Below, piece after piece: positions 1 to 10,448 of a stretch of DNA of 64,000 bases (the first letter of the stretch is position 1; each line of letters opens with the position of its first letter). This stretch comes from Gemmatimonadales bacterium (GTDB taxonomy: Bacteria > Gemmatimonadota > Gemmatimonadetes > Gemmatimonadales > GWC2-71-9): NCBI GenBank assembly GCA_041577295.1, contig JBFGJG010000012.1, forward strand, positions 23,153 to 87,152, written 5' to 3'. The translations under genes were made by a program, and so were the position numbers. The notes beneath the pieces were generated by a model. The model was not told the DNA's origin. It saw only the letters and a program-made list of their open reading frames with translations, and made no database searches.

Positions 1-2
1 CC

Positions 3-1229
3 GCCTGGCTCGCATCCCGCCCGCAAGTCGTCGAAGAGCTAAAAGGAATGACGGAAGGGCCAGACCGCTCAGTCGTCCGGAGCGCTTTGGTCGTGATCCA
101 GGTAGCAGTGTCCATTGTGCTGGTTGTTGCCGCAGGACTGTTTGTGCGCAGCCTCAACCGCGTGCAGTCGCTGGATCTCGGCTTTGCCGCAAGCAATCGA
201 CTCGTCGTCTCGATGAACTTGCGGTCTGTTGGCTTGGATGCAGACCGCGGGGTCGCTTTTCTCACCGAAGCCCTCAATCGCATCCGGGCGTTGCCAGGGG
301 TCCATACGGCGACGACGGCGAGCCTGATCCCGTTTCGGGGAATATGGACGACCAGCGTACGAGCAGAGGGTGTCGAGCTTTCTGCCGGACAGACGGGTTT
401 CGAGACGGGTATCAACAGGGTCGGGCCTGATTACTTCCGAACCATGGGCATACCGCTGCAGCGAGGAAGGGAATTCTCTTTTGCTGATCGTGCCGGCGTT
501 CCCGACGTTGCCGTGGTCAATCAAACGCTAGCCTCTCAGTTGTGGGGAGAAGGAGATCCGGTGGGTCAGATGATCAGGCGAGGTCCACGACTACTGCGCG
601 TTATCGGGATCGTCCCCACCGTCACCTACTACGATCTTGGCGAAGATCCCCAGTCCCAGCTCTACGTTCCGGTTCTGCAGCAATACGATCCTGTCGCGAA
701 CCTGGTCGTGGAGACCCGGGATGACCCCAGGGCACTCGTCGCCCAGGTCGAACGGGAGCTGCGAGCTGCGCAGCCCGATTTGATCATTTCGCGCAGCGTG
801 ACGCTGTCGCAGATCGTTAGAGAAGAGACGAGCACCTTCCGCATGGTTGCGACGCTCGTGTCGTTGTTTGGCTTTCTGGCGGTGGCGTTAGCAGCTGCCG
901 GTTTGTATGGAGTGCAGTCTTTCCTCGTTACCCAGCGCACCCGAGAGTTCGGCGTGCGAATGGCGCTCGGTGCCCGCGGTACCCAAGTGGCCGTGGTCGT
1001 CCTGCGGCGGGCTGTCAAACTCGCGGGCATCGGTATCGCCGTGGGACTTGTCGGTGCGTGGGTCGGTGTCCGCTTTGTCGAAGGGTTTCTGTTTGGTGTG
1101 GACGCGCGAGATCCCATGACCTTCGCGATCGTGCCCGTGACAGTCATCGCTGTTGCAACCCTTGCCAGTGTCGTTCCGGCACGCCGTGCGAGCAATATCG
1201 ATCCTATAACCGCATTGAGACACGAATAA
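3..1229 (+). CDS. ADOP/MacB-type duplicated ABC transporter permease (5'-truncated by window edge)
   Basis: Frame is open from position 3. Contains LVVIQVAVSIVLVVAAGLFVRS, a periplasmic core, QRTREFGVRMALGA and the C-terminus [17 protein letters not shown]. Confidence 0.9.
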   Translation, partial: AWLASRPQVVEELKGMTEGPDRSVVRSALVVIQVAVSIVLVVAAGLFVRSLNRVQSLDLGFAASNRLVVSMNLRSVGLDADRGVAFLTEALNRIRALPGVHTATTASLIPFRGIWTTSVRAEGVELSAGQTGFETGINRVGPDYFRTMGIPLQRGREFSFADRAGVPDVAVVNQTLASQLWGEGDPVGQMIRRGPRLLRVIGIVPTVTYYDLGEDPQSQLYVPVLQQYDPVANLVVETRDDPRALVAQVERELRAAQPDLIISRSVTLSQIVREETSTFRMVATLVSLFGFLAVALAAAGLYGVQSFLVTQRTREFGVRMALGARGTQVAVVVLRRAVKLAGIGIAVGLVGAWVGVRFVEGFLFGVDARDPMTFAIVPVTVIAVATLASVVPARRASNIDPITALRHE

Positions 1230-1315
1230 CGATCGGACGGACACCGAGATGGAAGAACGGCCTGACGGGAAACGGAAACAACGATCCAAAGTACTCGACA
1301 GCGTAGTGAGGTCGC

Positions 1316-3763
1316 GTGCTGGCTGACTTGCGTTACGCACTCCGAATCCTACGGAAGCAACCCGGGTTTGCGGTGGCCGCCGTTCTCACCCTCGCACTGG
1401 GAATCGGGGCGAACACGGCGATCTTCAGCCTGGTCAGTGGCGTTTTGCTCCGCCAGCTCCCGTACGCCGAGCCGGATCGACTGGTCATGATTTTTGGTGG
1501 CGACCAAGACGGCCAGTTCTCGGTTTCGGAGCAGGAGCTGATTCGATACCGCGAGCAGGATGACGTCTTTCAGTCGGTTGCTGGCTTTAGCTACAGCTGG
1601 GCGACGTTGTCCGGCGACGCTGCGGCTGAACGGGTGTTGGCTGGGCGGGTGAATGCAGGGTTGGTGGAGGCATTGGGTGTGAGTCCGCAGCTCGGACGCA
1701 CCTTCGATCTCTCCGAAGACGCGCAGGGCAATAATGCGGTTGCGATGCTCAGCTACGAGCTGTGGCAGCGTCGTTTCGGGGGCGATCCCGATGTCGTCGG
1801 CAAGACGCTGGTGGCCGAGGGCATCACGCACGACATCGTCGGGGTGTTGCCACCCGACTTTCGGCTTCCGTTGGATTTCGTAGGCTCGCGGGCCGAACTG
1901 TTCGTTCCGCTCGCCTTGGGCAGCACGCCCGATCCTCGGAATATCCACTATCTCCAGGCTGTTGGGCTGCTCCAGCGAGGCATCGGGCTCGCAGAGGCGC
2001 AAGGGAAGCTTCGCGCATTTTCCACACGGCTGCGCGACGAGATTGGGACGTTGCCACCCACCTTCGAAGCACGTCTGGTTCCCTTGACCGAACAGATCTT
2101 CGGAGACATTCGGCCCGTGCTCCTGATCCTGCTTGGTGCAACGGGCATCGTGCTGCTCGTTGCGTGCGTCAACGTGGCGAACCTCATGCTCGCTCGGGGA
2201 GATGCCCGCAGCCGTGAGATCGCTGTGCGCGCGGCGTTGGGCGCGGGTCGCTTCCGGCTGATACGACAATCAGTCACTGAATCCCTCACGTTGGCCATGC
2301 TCGGTGGTGCGGTGGGAATCGTGGTGGCCGCCTGGATCGTGCAGACAATTGTCTTCGTCAATCCATGGAATATTCCACGGCTCGACGAGGTGGGTCTCGA
2401 CGTCGGGGTACTCCTGTTCAGCGGAGTGCTCTCGGTAGCGGCAGGGATCGGCTTTGGTCTCTTTCCCGCGTTTCAGCTTACGCGCCGCGATGTTCAGGAA
2501 AGTTTGCACCTAGGGACCCGAGGTGCCGGGGGCGAGGGAAGCCTCTCGCTGCGGCGTGCGCTAGTCACGACGCAGATGGCGCTTGCGGTGATGCTAGCGA
2601 TTGGTGCCGGGTTGTTGGTTCGGAGCGCGTTACGACTGAACGAGGTGGAGCGGGGCTTCGTCACGGAGAAAATTTTCCTGGCGCGACTGGCCTTGCCGGG
2701 TGCTGAGTTTCCGCAACCGGAGGGTGCGCGGGAATTCTACCGCAGCCTTCTCGAAAGCCTCCGTGGTCAGGCCTCGGTGAGTGCGGCCGCGGCCGTGAGC
2801 CACGTCCCACTGTTGAACGGCCCCGGCGACTGGGGGATTCGCATCGAAGGGCGAGAGGAAGAACGCCTGCCGGGCGGGCGGCGTCCCTATGCGGATTGGG
2901 TCATTGCCAGCGATGGTTACTTCGAGACGCTCGGGATCCAACTCGTCGTGGGGCGCACCTTTACGCCTCAGGACGACTCGAGAGCGGTTCCCGTGGTGGT
3001 GATCAACGAAACAGCCTCACGTCGGTACTGGGGTACCGATTCACCGATCGGCGCGCGTTTTCGCCTCACCACGGATATCGATCAGGTCTACCGCACTGTA
3101 ATCGGCGTGGTGGCCGACATCAGGCAAGACGGATTAGATGAAGAGGTGCAGCCAACGATGTACCTGCCGCTCGCGCAATTTCCCGGCAACCCCGACTATC
3201 GCATGGGCAACCAGTACCCCGGACAATCCATGGCGCTCGTCGTCAAAACAACGGGAGATCCGCTTGCGATCACGCCGCTGGTCCGTCGAGAGGTCGCGTC
3301 GTTGAACCGCGGAATCCCGGTGTCTGGAGCGCAGAGCATGGTTCAGGTCGTCTCCGGGTGGTCCGCGCGCCGACGGATGAACGCACTGTTGTTCAGCAGT
3401 TTTGGACTGCTTGCACTGGTGCTGGGCGCAGTTGGCGTGTACGGGATCAACGCATATGCCGTGGCACGGCGAACGCAGGAGTTTGGGGTTCGGTTGGCAC
3501 TCGGGTCGACACCCCGCGAGATGGTGCGACTCGTGCTGCATCAGGGATTGACCCTGGCACTGCTCGGAGTCCTCCTCGGGACCGCGGCAGCCCTCGCACT
3601 GAGCCAGCTGCTGACTGGCTTGCTGTTTGGCATCGGCAGCCGAGATCTCATCACCTTCTCGAGCGTACCTCTCTTCCTAGTCGTGGTTGCGTTTGCGGCG
3701 TGTTACATCCCTGCGCGGCGGGCGAGCAACATCGATCCGATCAAAGCGCTGCGATATGAGTAA
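1316..3763 (+). CDS. ADOP/MacB-type duplicated ABC permease
   Basis: 815 aa. Starts [28 protein letters not shown], has ACVNVANL, two FtsX-like halves and ends [17 protein letters not shown]. Confidence 0.95.
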   Translation: MLADLRYALRILRKQPGFAVAAVLTLALGIGANTAIFSLVSGVLLRQLPYAEPDRLVMIFGGDQDGQFSVSEQELIRYREQDDVFQSVAGFSYSWATLSGDAAAERVLAGRVNAGLVEALGVSPQLGRTFDLSEDAQGNNAVAMLSYELWQRRFGGDPDVVGKTLVAEGITHDIVGVLPPDFRLPLDFVGSRAELFVPLALGSTPDPRNIHYLQAVGLLQRGIGLAEAQGKLRAFSTRLRDEIGTLPPTFEARLVPLTEQIFGDIRPVLLILLGATGIVLLVACVNVANLMLARGDARSREIAVRAALGAGRFRLIRQSVTESLTLAMLGGAVGIVVAAWIVQTIVFVNPWNIPRLDEVGLDVGVLLFSGVLSVAAGIGFGLFPAFQLTRRDVQESLHLGTRGAGGEGSLSLRRALVTTQMALAVMLAIGAGLLVRSALRLNEVERGFVTEKIFLARLALPGAEFPQPEGAREFYRSLLESLRGQASVSAAAAVSHVPLLNGPGDWGIRIEGREEERLPGGRRPYADWVIASDGYFETLGIQLVVGRTFTPQDDSRAVPVVVINETASRRYWGTDSPIGARFRLTTDIDQVYRTVIGVVADIRQDGLDEEVQPTMYLPLAQFPGNPDYRMGNQYPGQSMALVVKTTGDPLAITPLVRREVASLNRGIPVSGAQSMVQVVSGWSARRRMNALLFSSFGLLALVLGAVGVYGINAYAVARRTQEFGVRLALGSTPREMVRLVLHQGLTLALLGVLLGTAAALALSQLLTGLLFGIGSRDLITFSSVPLFLVVVAFAACYIPARRASNIDPIKALRYE

Positions 3764-3779
3764 GGGCGGACGGTAGCCA

Positions 3780-6158
3780 ATGCTTCATGACTTCCAATTA
3801 GCGTTTCGCACGCTCCGGCGTCAGCTCGGTTTTACTGCAATCGCGGTGGCGACCCTCGCGTTAGGCATCGGGGCAAACACCGCCGTGTTCAGTGTCGTCC
3901 ACGCGGTCCTGCTACGACCGCTTCCGTTCGACGAGCCACACGAACTCGTCGCCATCTGGCCCGAGGCGCTCGTATCCAAACAGGAGTTTGCCGAACGTCG
4001 TGGCTGGTTCCGGGCGTACGACGATCTCTTCATCTGGACCAGGTGGGGCTTCACACTGACGGGTCACAGTGAAGCAGAAGAGCTCGACGGTGTACGGGCG
4101 AGCGCTGCCCTGTTTCGGACACTCGGTGTCGAAGCGGCACTTGGGAGGACGTTTGCGTCCGATGAAGACCAGCCTGGCCAAGATAAGGTCGTGGTGCTGA
4201 GCGACGGCCTGTGGCGTCGCCGCTTTGGCGCGGACTCGAGTGTTATCGGACAGACGATTACCATCGGTGGAACTGCACATAGCATTATCGGTGTGATGCC
4301 CAGCGGGTTCGCGTTTCCGACACGCGACCGCGAGCTGTACGTACCGCTGAGCTTCGATCCCTCCGATCAGAACGACTATACGGCACACTATCTCGGGCTG
4401 GTGGGACGACTGGGGAGCGGCTGGACCATTCCATCGGCCGACGCCGAGTTGCGAACCGTCATCGACCGAATCCGGGCAACCGAGCGCGTTCCGGAGGATT
4501 ATGGGCAAACGGCGAGCCTGGTGCCGCTCCGGGGGCGCATCGTGGGAGACGTGGGAGACGCGTTGCTGCTTCTCTGGGGCGGCGTTGGGCTCGTCCTGGT
4601 GTTGTCCTGCGTGAACGTGGCCAACCTGATGCTCGTCCGAGGAACCGTGCAGCAGCGCGATCTGGCCCTACGCGCGGCATTGGGTGGTGGACGGGTGCGT
4701 GTGGCGCGCACCGTTGTGTCTGAGAGTTTGGTTTTGGCCGCTCTCGGTGGCCTCGGCGGCGGTGTGCTCGCAGTCTGGCTCGTCGAAACCTTCATGGAAC
4801 TGATTCCACCGGGTATCGCGATGCTGGGCGCCGTCCGCGTTGACCCGTTGGTGTTCGGGTTCGTGGCACTCGCGGCCGGGAGCTCTGCCGTCCTCTTTGG
4901 GCTGGTGCCGAGTATTCGGCTGTCCGCCGTCGAGCTGGAGACGGTACTGCGTGAAGGAAGTGGCGGCTCACTCGGTCGCGGTAGACTGCGGTTGCAGCAT
5001 GCGCTGGTCGTGGGCGAAGTGGCACTCGCCGTGACGCTGCTCGTTGGCGCCGGGCTCATGTTGCGAAGCTTCTGGCTACTCCAGCGTGTGGACCCCGGCT
5101 TTCAGGCTGAGCACGCGTTGGAGCTCCGACTCGCACCACCGGCCGCGAAATACCAAGGTCCAGTTGCCCGATGGAACTACTACGACCGAGTCGTTGACCA
5201 ACTCAAGGCGATCAATGGCGTTGAAGCAGTTGGTGGGATCGTGGCACCACCGCTTGGTGATCGGAACTTTGCGCATCGTTTCGAAATCGATGAAAGACCG
5301 GTTCCTGAGGAAGATCGCCCGAGCGTAAACTGGCGTGCGGTCACGCCAGATTACTTCCGTGCGATGGGCATTCCGTTATTGAGTGGGCGTGCCTTCGATG
5401 CGAGGGATCGCAACGATGCTGCGAAGGTGGCGTTGGTCAACGAGACGCTCGCACGCCAGTACTTCGGTGACGGTGAGGCGCTTGGACAGCGAGTTCGAAC
5501 GGGTTTCGACGGACAGAGTTGGGTGACGATCGTCGGAGTGGTTGGTGACGTGCATCAGTCGAGCCTGGCCGAGGTGACACAGCCCGAATTGTATCGGCCG
5601 TTCGCACAGTGGCCGTGGTTCGACCTGACATTCGTGCTTCGCACGACTGGGGATCCCGTAAGCCTCGCCACCGAGGTGAGGCGTGCCATCTGGGCCATCG
5701 ATCGGGACGTGCCAATTTCGGACATGACATCGCTCGAGCAAAAAGTGTCTCAATCCATCGCACAGCCCAGGTTTTACACCGCCCTGCTGGGTTCATTCGC
5801 CCTCATGGGACTGGTGCTTGGTGCGGTTGGGCTCTTCGGTGTCCTGTCGTTTTCAGTGAGCCGTCGCACGCGGGAGATTGGACTGCGCATGGCATTGGGC
5901 GCTGCCCGATCAGAAGTCCTGCGTATGATTCTTCGCCGTGGGCTCGGCTTGACCCTGTTAGGTGTCGGGCTTGGGTTGCTCAGCGCCTATTGGATCGCAG
6001 GACTCATGAGCGGTCTGCTCTTTGGTGTCAGCACGCACGATCCCACAACGTTTGCCGGTGTGGCGCTCGTCCTCACCGTTACCTCCATAGTCGCTTCGCT
6101 AATTCCGGCACGTCGCGCCACCCGCATCGATCCGACCGAAGCTTTGCGATACGAATAA
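3780..6158 (+). CDS. ADOP/MacB-type duplicated ABC permease
   Basis: 792 aa with the same signature motifs ([44 protein letters not shown]). Confidence 0.95.
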   Translation: MLHDFQLAFRTLRRQLGFTAIAVATLALGIGANTAVFSVVHAVLLRPLPFDEPHELVAIWPEALVSKQEFAERRGWFRAYDDLFIWTRWGFTLTGHSEAEELDGVRASAALFRTLGVEAALGRTFASDEDQPGQDKVVVLSDGLWRRRFGADSSVIGQTITIGGTAHSIIGVMPSGFAFPTRDRELYVPLSFDPSDQNDYTAHYLGLVGRLGSGWTIPSADAELRTVIDRIRATERVPEDYGQTASLVPLRGRIVGDVGDALLLLWGGVGLVLVLSCVNVANLMLVRGTVQQRDLALRAALGGGRVRVARTVVSESLVLAALGGLGGGVLAVWLVETFMELIPPGIAMLGAVRVDPLVFGFVALAAGSSAVLFGLVPSIRLSAVELETVLREGSGGSLGRGRLRLQHALVVGEVALAVTLLVGAGLMLRSFWLLQRVDPGFQAEHALELRLAPPAAKYQGPVARWNYYDRVVDQLKAINGVEAVGGIVAPPLGDRNFAHRFEIDERPVPEEDRPSVNWRAVTPDYFRAMGIPLLSGRAFDARDRNDAAKVALVNETLARQYFGDGEALGQRVRTGFDGQSWVTIVGVVGDVHQSSLAEVTQPELYRPFAQWPWFDLTFVLRTTGDPVSLATEVRRAIWAIDRDVPISDMTSLEQKVSQSIAQPRFYTALLGSFALMGLVLGAVGLFGVLSFSVSRRTREIGLRMALGAARSEVLRMILRRGLGLTLLGVGLGLLSAYWIAGLMSGLLFGVSTHDPTTFAGVALVLTVTSIVASLIPARRATRIDPTEALRYE

Positions 6159-6198
6159 AGGACAGAAAGTTGAAAAGGCGTAGGGACGGAAAGACGTT

Positions 6199-8688
6199 GT
6201 GCACGATCTGAAGTTCGCGCTGCGAAGTCTGCGGAAGCATCCCGGGTTTACCGCGGTGGTCGTCTTGACACTGGCGCTTGGGATCGGTGCGAACTCGGCC
6301 ATCTTCTCCGTCGTAAACAGCGTTCTCCGGCGACCGCTCCCATACTCCGATCCGGATAACCTGGTGTTGCTCTGGCACCGGGCAGAGGAGGCGGGAGTCG
6401 AGCGTCTGCGCATTTCGGCCCCCGACGTGGCCGAGTTTCGCGACGTCGCGACGACGCTTCACCAATTCGCGTTCATCAACGGTGTGTCGGATGTATCCGT
6501 GACTGGTGAAGGGCGGCCTGCTCACGCACGGGTGGCCCGCGTGAGTCATAACTTGTTCACGAGTCTTGGTGTGGCACCAGTCTTGGGACGTGATTTCATC
6601 CCGGGCGAAGCTGTCGTCCCCCAAGCAATGGTCGAAGACTCGACGGCACGCATTCCCCCCGGTGTCCTTCTCATCTCTCACGACGTCTGGCATGACCGTT
6701 TTGCTGCGGATTCGAGCGTCATCGGTCGAGCAGTGGCGCTGAATGGGGAGGGAAGCATCGTCATCGGTGTCCTACCCAACGGCTTTGCACTGCGGCTCCC
6801 GCCATCCGCAGGATTCTCGACCGACATCGATATGTGGACGCCGATCCGTAGCGAGTTGGACGAGTATCTGCGCGCCGACGGCAGGTTGGAGGATCAGGAT
6901 AGCGACAACACCGGCGTCGTCATCGCCCGGTTGGCCGCTGGCGCGACACTCGCCGACGCGCGCGCGGAGATGATGACGATCGCAGCACGGCAACGGAGTG
7001 ACATTCCCGCTTATCGGGAAGCCGGAATCACGATCGAGGTCAACCGGTTCCACGCTGACACCGTGGCGCACGTGCGTCCTGCGCTGCTCGCGCTTCTCGG
7101 GGCGGTGGGCTTCGTGTTGCTCATCGCCTGCATCAACGTGGCGAATCTCGCGTTGTCTCGGGCGATGAGCCGGCAGCGAGAGATGGCGCTGCGTACTGCA
7201 ATTGGAGCGAGTAGGGCGCGTCTCGTCCGCGGCGTATTGGTGGAGAGCGCGGTACTCGCTGGCCTCGGAGGCCTGACCGGGTTTGTCATGGCGTTGTGGG
7301 GGACGGATTTGCTATGGCGCATCCGGCCAACGGTGCTGGCGGACGCGGAGTGGGTGACATTGGATTGGAGTGTGGTGACCTTCACGACTGGCGCCACGCT
7401 CATCGCAGCACTCCTGTTTGGCGCTGCACCGGCGCTCGACGCGTCCCTTCAAGGGGGTCTCGGCGCCTTGCGTGAGTTTGGCGCAACCGGTGTTAGCGGT
7501 GGACGGGTGCGCCTGCGACGCATCCTCGTCATCTCCGAGGTTGCCCTGTCGGTCGTTCTGTTGATCGGTGCCGGGCTCATGCTCCGGTCGGTGGTACGCC
7601 TCCAGCAGGTCGATCCGGGGTTCGATCCGACCGGTGTCTGGACCTTTCGTCTTTCGTTGACCGATCTCGCTGGATACGAAGGCCCCGCTGCGCGCGCGCG
7701 GTTCCTGAAAGATGCGAGTGACCGTCTGAGCACCGTGCGCGGCGTGGAGGCCGTGGGGGCCATCGCGGGTCTCCCGCTCGGCGGCGAATCGTGGACTCAA
7801 CCATACGGATTCGGCGACGAACCCCGCGAAGAGTGGCGTCGTCATCGAGCAAACTTTCGTATGGTGACCTCTGGATACTTCGCCGCAATGGGCACGAGGT
7901 TGCTGCGCGGGCGCTCGTTTACGCCGGACGAGGATCTCACGGAGGCGAGGAGGGTCGTCATCATCGACGAGCAACTCGCGGAGCGGCTATCAGCCGACGG
8001 TGGCGTTCTTGGTCGCACCATCGGTTTTCCTCTCGACGGTGCACCGGTCGTGGCCGAGGTGGTAGGAGTAGTCGAAACGGTGCGTCACGAGTCGTTGCTT
8101 CACGAGGGTCGCGAAACGATCTATGTCCCGTATCGGCAGGAAGCGTCGCGTGAAGTCGCCATGGTCGTGCGCTCATCAGGCGCGCTCGGCACGCCGGCAG
8201 CAACCGTCCGCGCGAGCATTGGTGAGCTCGATCCGCGCGTTCCCGTCTTTGACATCCGACACATGGAACAGTATGTGGCCAGTGCGCTTGCTCCGAGCAG
8301 ATTCACGTTACTCCTGATTGGTTCCTTTGCCGTGATCGCATTGGGACTGGCCGCGATCGGTCTGTACGGGGTGGTGTCTCACTGGGTGGGCCAACGAGTT
8401 CCAGAGTTCGGTGTGCGCATTGCCCTCGGTGCCCGTGGCGTCGACGTCCTGCGAGATGTTCTGAAGCGCGGTACCGCGCTCGTGACGGTCGGCGTTGCCA
8501 CCGGCGTTCTCCTCGCACTCGTGGTCACGCGGGTGATGCAGGGGCTCCTGTTTGGCGTCACCGCGGCCGATCCCGTTACGTATCTCATCATCACGGCGAC
8601 GGTCATCTTGGTTTGCGCGGTCGCCACCTACCTGCCGGCGCGCCGCGCCTCACGGGTCGATCCCCTCGTCGCGCTCAGAAGCGAATAA
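6199..8688 (+). CDS. ADOP/MacB-type duplicated ABC permease
   Basis: 829 aa with the same signature motifs. GTG start. Confidence 0.95.
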   Translation: MHDLKFALRSLRKHPGFTAVVVLTLALGIGANSAIFSVVNSVLRRPLPYSDPDNLVLLWHRAEEAGVERLRISAPDVAEFRDVATTLHQFAFINGVSDVSVTGEGRPAHARVARVSHNLFTSLGVAPVLGRDFIPGEAVVPQAMVEDSTARIPPGVLLISHDVWHDRFAADSSVIGRAVALNGEGSIVIGVLPNGFALRLPPSAGFSTDIDMWTPIRSELDEYLRADGRLEDQDSDNTGVVIARLAAGATLADARAEMMTIAARQRSDIPAYREAGITIEVNRFHADTVAHVRPALLALLGAVGFVLLIACINVANLALSRAMSRQREMALRTAIGASRARLVRGVLVESAVLAGLGGLTGFVMALWGTDLLWRIRPTVLADAEWVTLDWSVVTFTTGATLIAALLFGAAPALDASLQGGLGALREFGATGVSGGRVRLRRILVISEVALSVVLLIGAGLMLRSVVRLQQVDPGFDPTGVWTFRLSLTDLAGYEGPAARARFLKDASDRLSTVRGVEAVGAIAGLPLGGESWTQPYGFGDEPREEWRRHRANFRMVTSGYFAAMGTRLLRGRSFTPDEDLTEARRVVIIDEQLAERLSADGGVLGRTIGFPLDGAPVVAEVVGVVETVRHESLLHEGRETIYVPYRQEASREVAMVVRSSGALGTPAATVRASIGELDPRVPVFDIRHMEQYVASALAPSRFTLLLIGSFAVIALGLAAIGLYGVVSHWVGQRVPEFGVRIALGARGVDVLRDVLKRGTALVTVGVATGVLLALVVTRVMQGLLFGVTAADPVTYLIITATVILVCAVATYLPARRASRVDPLVALRSE

Positions 8689-8833
8689 ACCCCGCCGAGC
8701 CGCCTCGCACCCCGCCAGCGGCGTGTTCGGTTTTGGGACGCCGCTTTGCAGTGTCGAACGATTCGCGTCCGATCCTGGCATTGTCGATTCAACTTAAGTA
8801 TCTATAATATAATAGTTTAAGGGCTTGCAGTCA

Positions 8834-8848
8834 TGGCACGTCGGTTGC
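8834..8848 (+). promoter_or_regulatory. Sigma-54 (-24/-12) promoter
   Basis: TGGCACG-TCGG-TTGC, with GG (8835-36) and GC (8847-48) separated by exactly 10 nt. It lies upstream of tolC and an NtrC-family activator gene and is preceded by an AT-rich tract (about 8787-8820). Confidence 0.85.
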
Positions 8849-8900
8849 CCTTTCCCGTTTGAATGGCATCGGAAATCGACATCATCGTTGGAGGCGCCCG

Positions 8901-10421
8901 ATGAAGTACGTAATCGTCACGCTGACCGCTATCGTGGCGTGTGGCTCGAGCCTGTCGGCTCAGCAGCTGGTCTTCCAGGACACCCTCACGCTGGCCGATG
9001 CGCTGCGGATTGCCGAGGCGAACAGCCCCGTCTACGGCCAGGTCGCCAACGATGAGGGTGCCGCCGCGTGGGGAGTGCGCGGCGCATACGCATCGTTCCT
9101 TCCATCGTTCACGCTCGGTGGATCGCTGGGCTACCGAGGACCGGGAACCCAGACGTTTCTCACGACGACGTTTCGTCAAAGCTCGGCGACGGTGACATCG
9201 ACGTATTCGGCCACGCTCAGTTGGCAGTTTTCAGGCGAGACACTGTCGCAACCCGGCTTGCTCCGGGCGCGACGTGATGCCACTGACGCCGACATCGGCG
9301 CGGCGGGGCGCCAACTTGAGAGCGACGTGACGGGCCAGTTCCTGAACGTCCTGCAGACGGAAGCGAATGCCGAATTGCAACGCGTCCAGGTACAGCGAAA
9401 TGAGGAAAACGAGCGGCTGGCCGACGCGCGCTATGCCGTCGGCCAGGTGACCAGACTGGACACGCGACAGGCGCAGGTGGCGAGCGGGCAGGCCAAGGTG
9501 GAGCTGCTCCGGCTCGAGCAGCTCGTGTTAGTCGAGCGTTTACGGCTCTTCCAGCTGATGGGTGTCGCACCCCCGGATGACGTCATGGAGATCGCCTTTA
9601 TTGGGGACCCCGAGATCCGCCCGCTCGAGCTGGAGCTGGACGAGCTGCTGGCCTTCGCTGCAGAGCGTCACCCGGAGTTGGTCGCGTTACAAAAGCGCGA
9701 AGCGGCTGCAGCGTGGGAAGTGCGATCCGTGGGCTCGCAGTTCTTCCCAACGTTCAACGTCCAAGCCGGATGGTCAGGGTTCGCCCAGCAGTTTACCAAC
9801 ATCGATCCGGTGATTGCGGCGACGTTGGACAATGAATCGGCGTCCGCCGCCACGCGAATTCAAGATTGCGAGCTGCAAAACGATGTTTTCGCGCGACTGA
9901 CGGATCCGCTGCCGGCGGTCGATTGTTCCCAGTTTGCCTTTACCCCGGCAGACCGCACCGCCCTGGAGCAGCAAATTCGCAGTCGTAATGACGTCTTCCC
10001 GTTTCGCTTCACACAGCAGCCGTTTCAGGCCTTTATGTTCGTCTCGCTTCCAATCTTCACTGGCTTTCAACGCGAGCTGCGTCTGGCCGAGACCCGGGCG
10101 GCGCGGGAGGATGCGGAGCTAGCCTTACGGGACCGGGCGCTGGGGCTCCAGACGGAGATCACGCAACGGTACCATGATCTCGAGCGCGCGCTCCAGACGA
10201 TTGATATTCAAGAGTCGAATCGTTTCGCCGCCCTCGATCAGCTCGAGTTGGGCCGCGAGCGCTACCGGCTTGGACAGAGCAACTTCGTCGAGTTGTTGGA
10301 GGCACAGCTCATCGCGCAGCAGGCGGAACGCGACTATGTCAACGCGAGATACGAGTACCATCGCGCCGTCGTGCTGCTCGAGAACGCAGTAGGACGGCCG
10401 CTTCGGTCTTCGGTGAATTGA
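8901..10421 (+). CDS. TolC-family outer membrane efflux protein
   Basis: ATG 8901 follows GGAGG. Signal peptide MKYVIVTLTAIVACG, two OEP repeats (ASFLPSFTL..., QFFPTFNV...SLPIFTGF) and RYRLGQSNFVELLEAQ. Confidence 0.9.
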   Translation: MKYVIVTLTAIVACGSSLSAQQLVFQDTLTLADALRIAEANSPVYGQVANDEGAAAWGVRGAYASFLPSFTLGGSLGYRGPGTQTFLTTTFRQSSATVTSTYSATLSWQFSGETLSQPGLLRARRDATDADIGAAGRQLESDVTGQFLNVLQTEANAELQRVQVQRNEENERLADARYAVGQVTRLDTRQAQVASGQAKVELLRLEQLVLVERLRLFQLMGVAPPDDVMEIAFIGDPEIRPLELELDELLAFAAERHPELVALQKREAAAAWEVRSVGSQFFPTFNVQAGWSGFAQQFTNIDPVIAATLDNESASAATRIQDCELQNDVFARLTDPLPAVDCSQFAFTPADRTALEQQIRSRNDVFPFRFTQQPFQAFMFVSLPIFTGFQRELRLAETRAAREDAELALRDRALGLQTEITQRYHDLERALQTIDIQESNRFAALDQLELGRERYRLGQSNFVELLEAQLIAQQAERDYVNARYEYHRAVVLLENAVGRPLRSSVN

Positions 10422-10448
10422 CTGTCAACGCATACGCGGATCATCACA

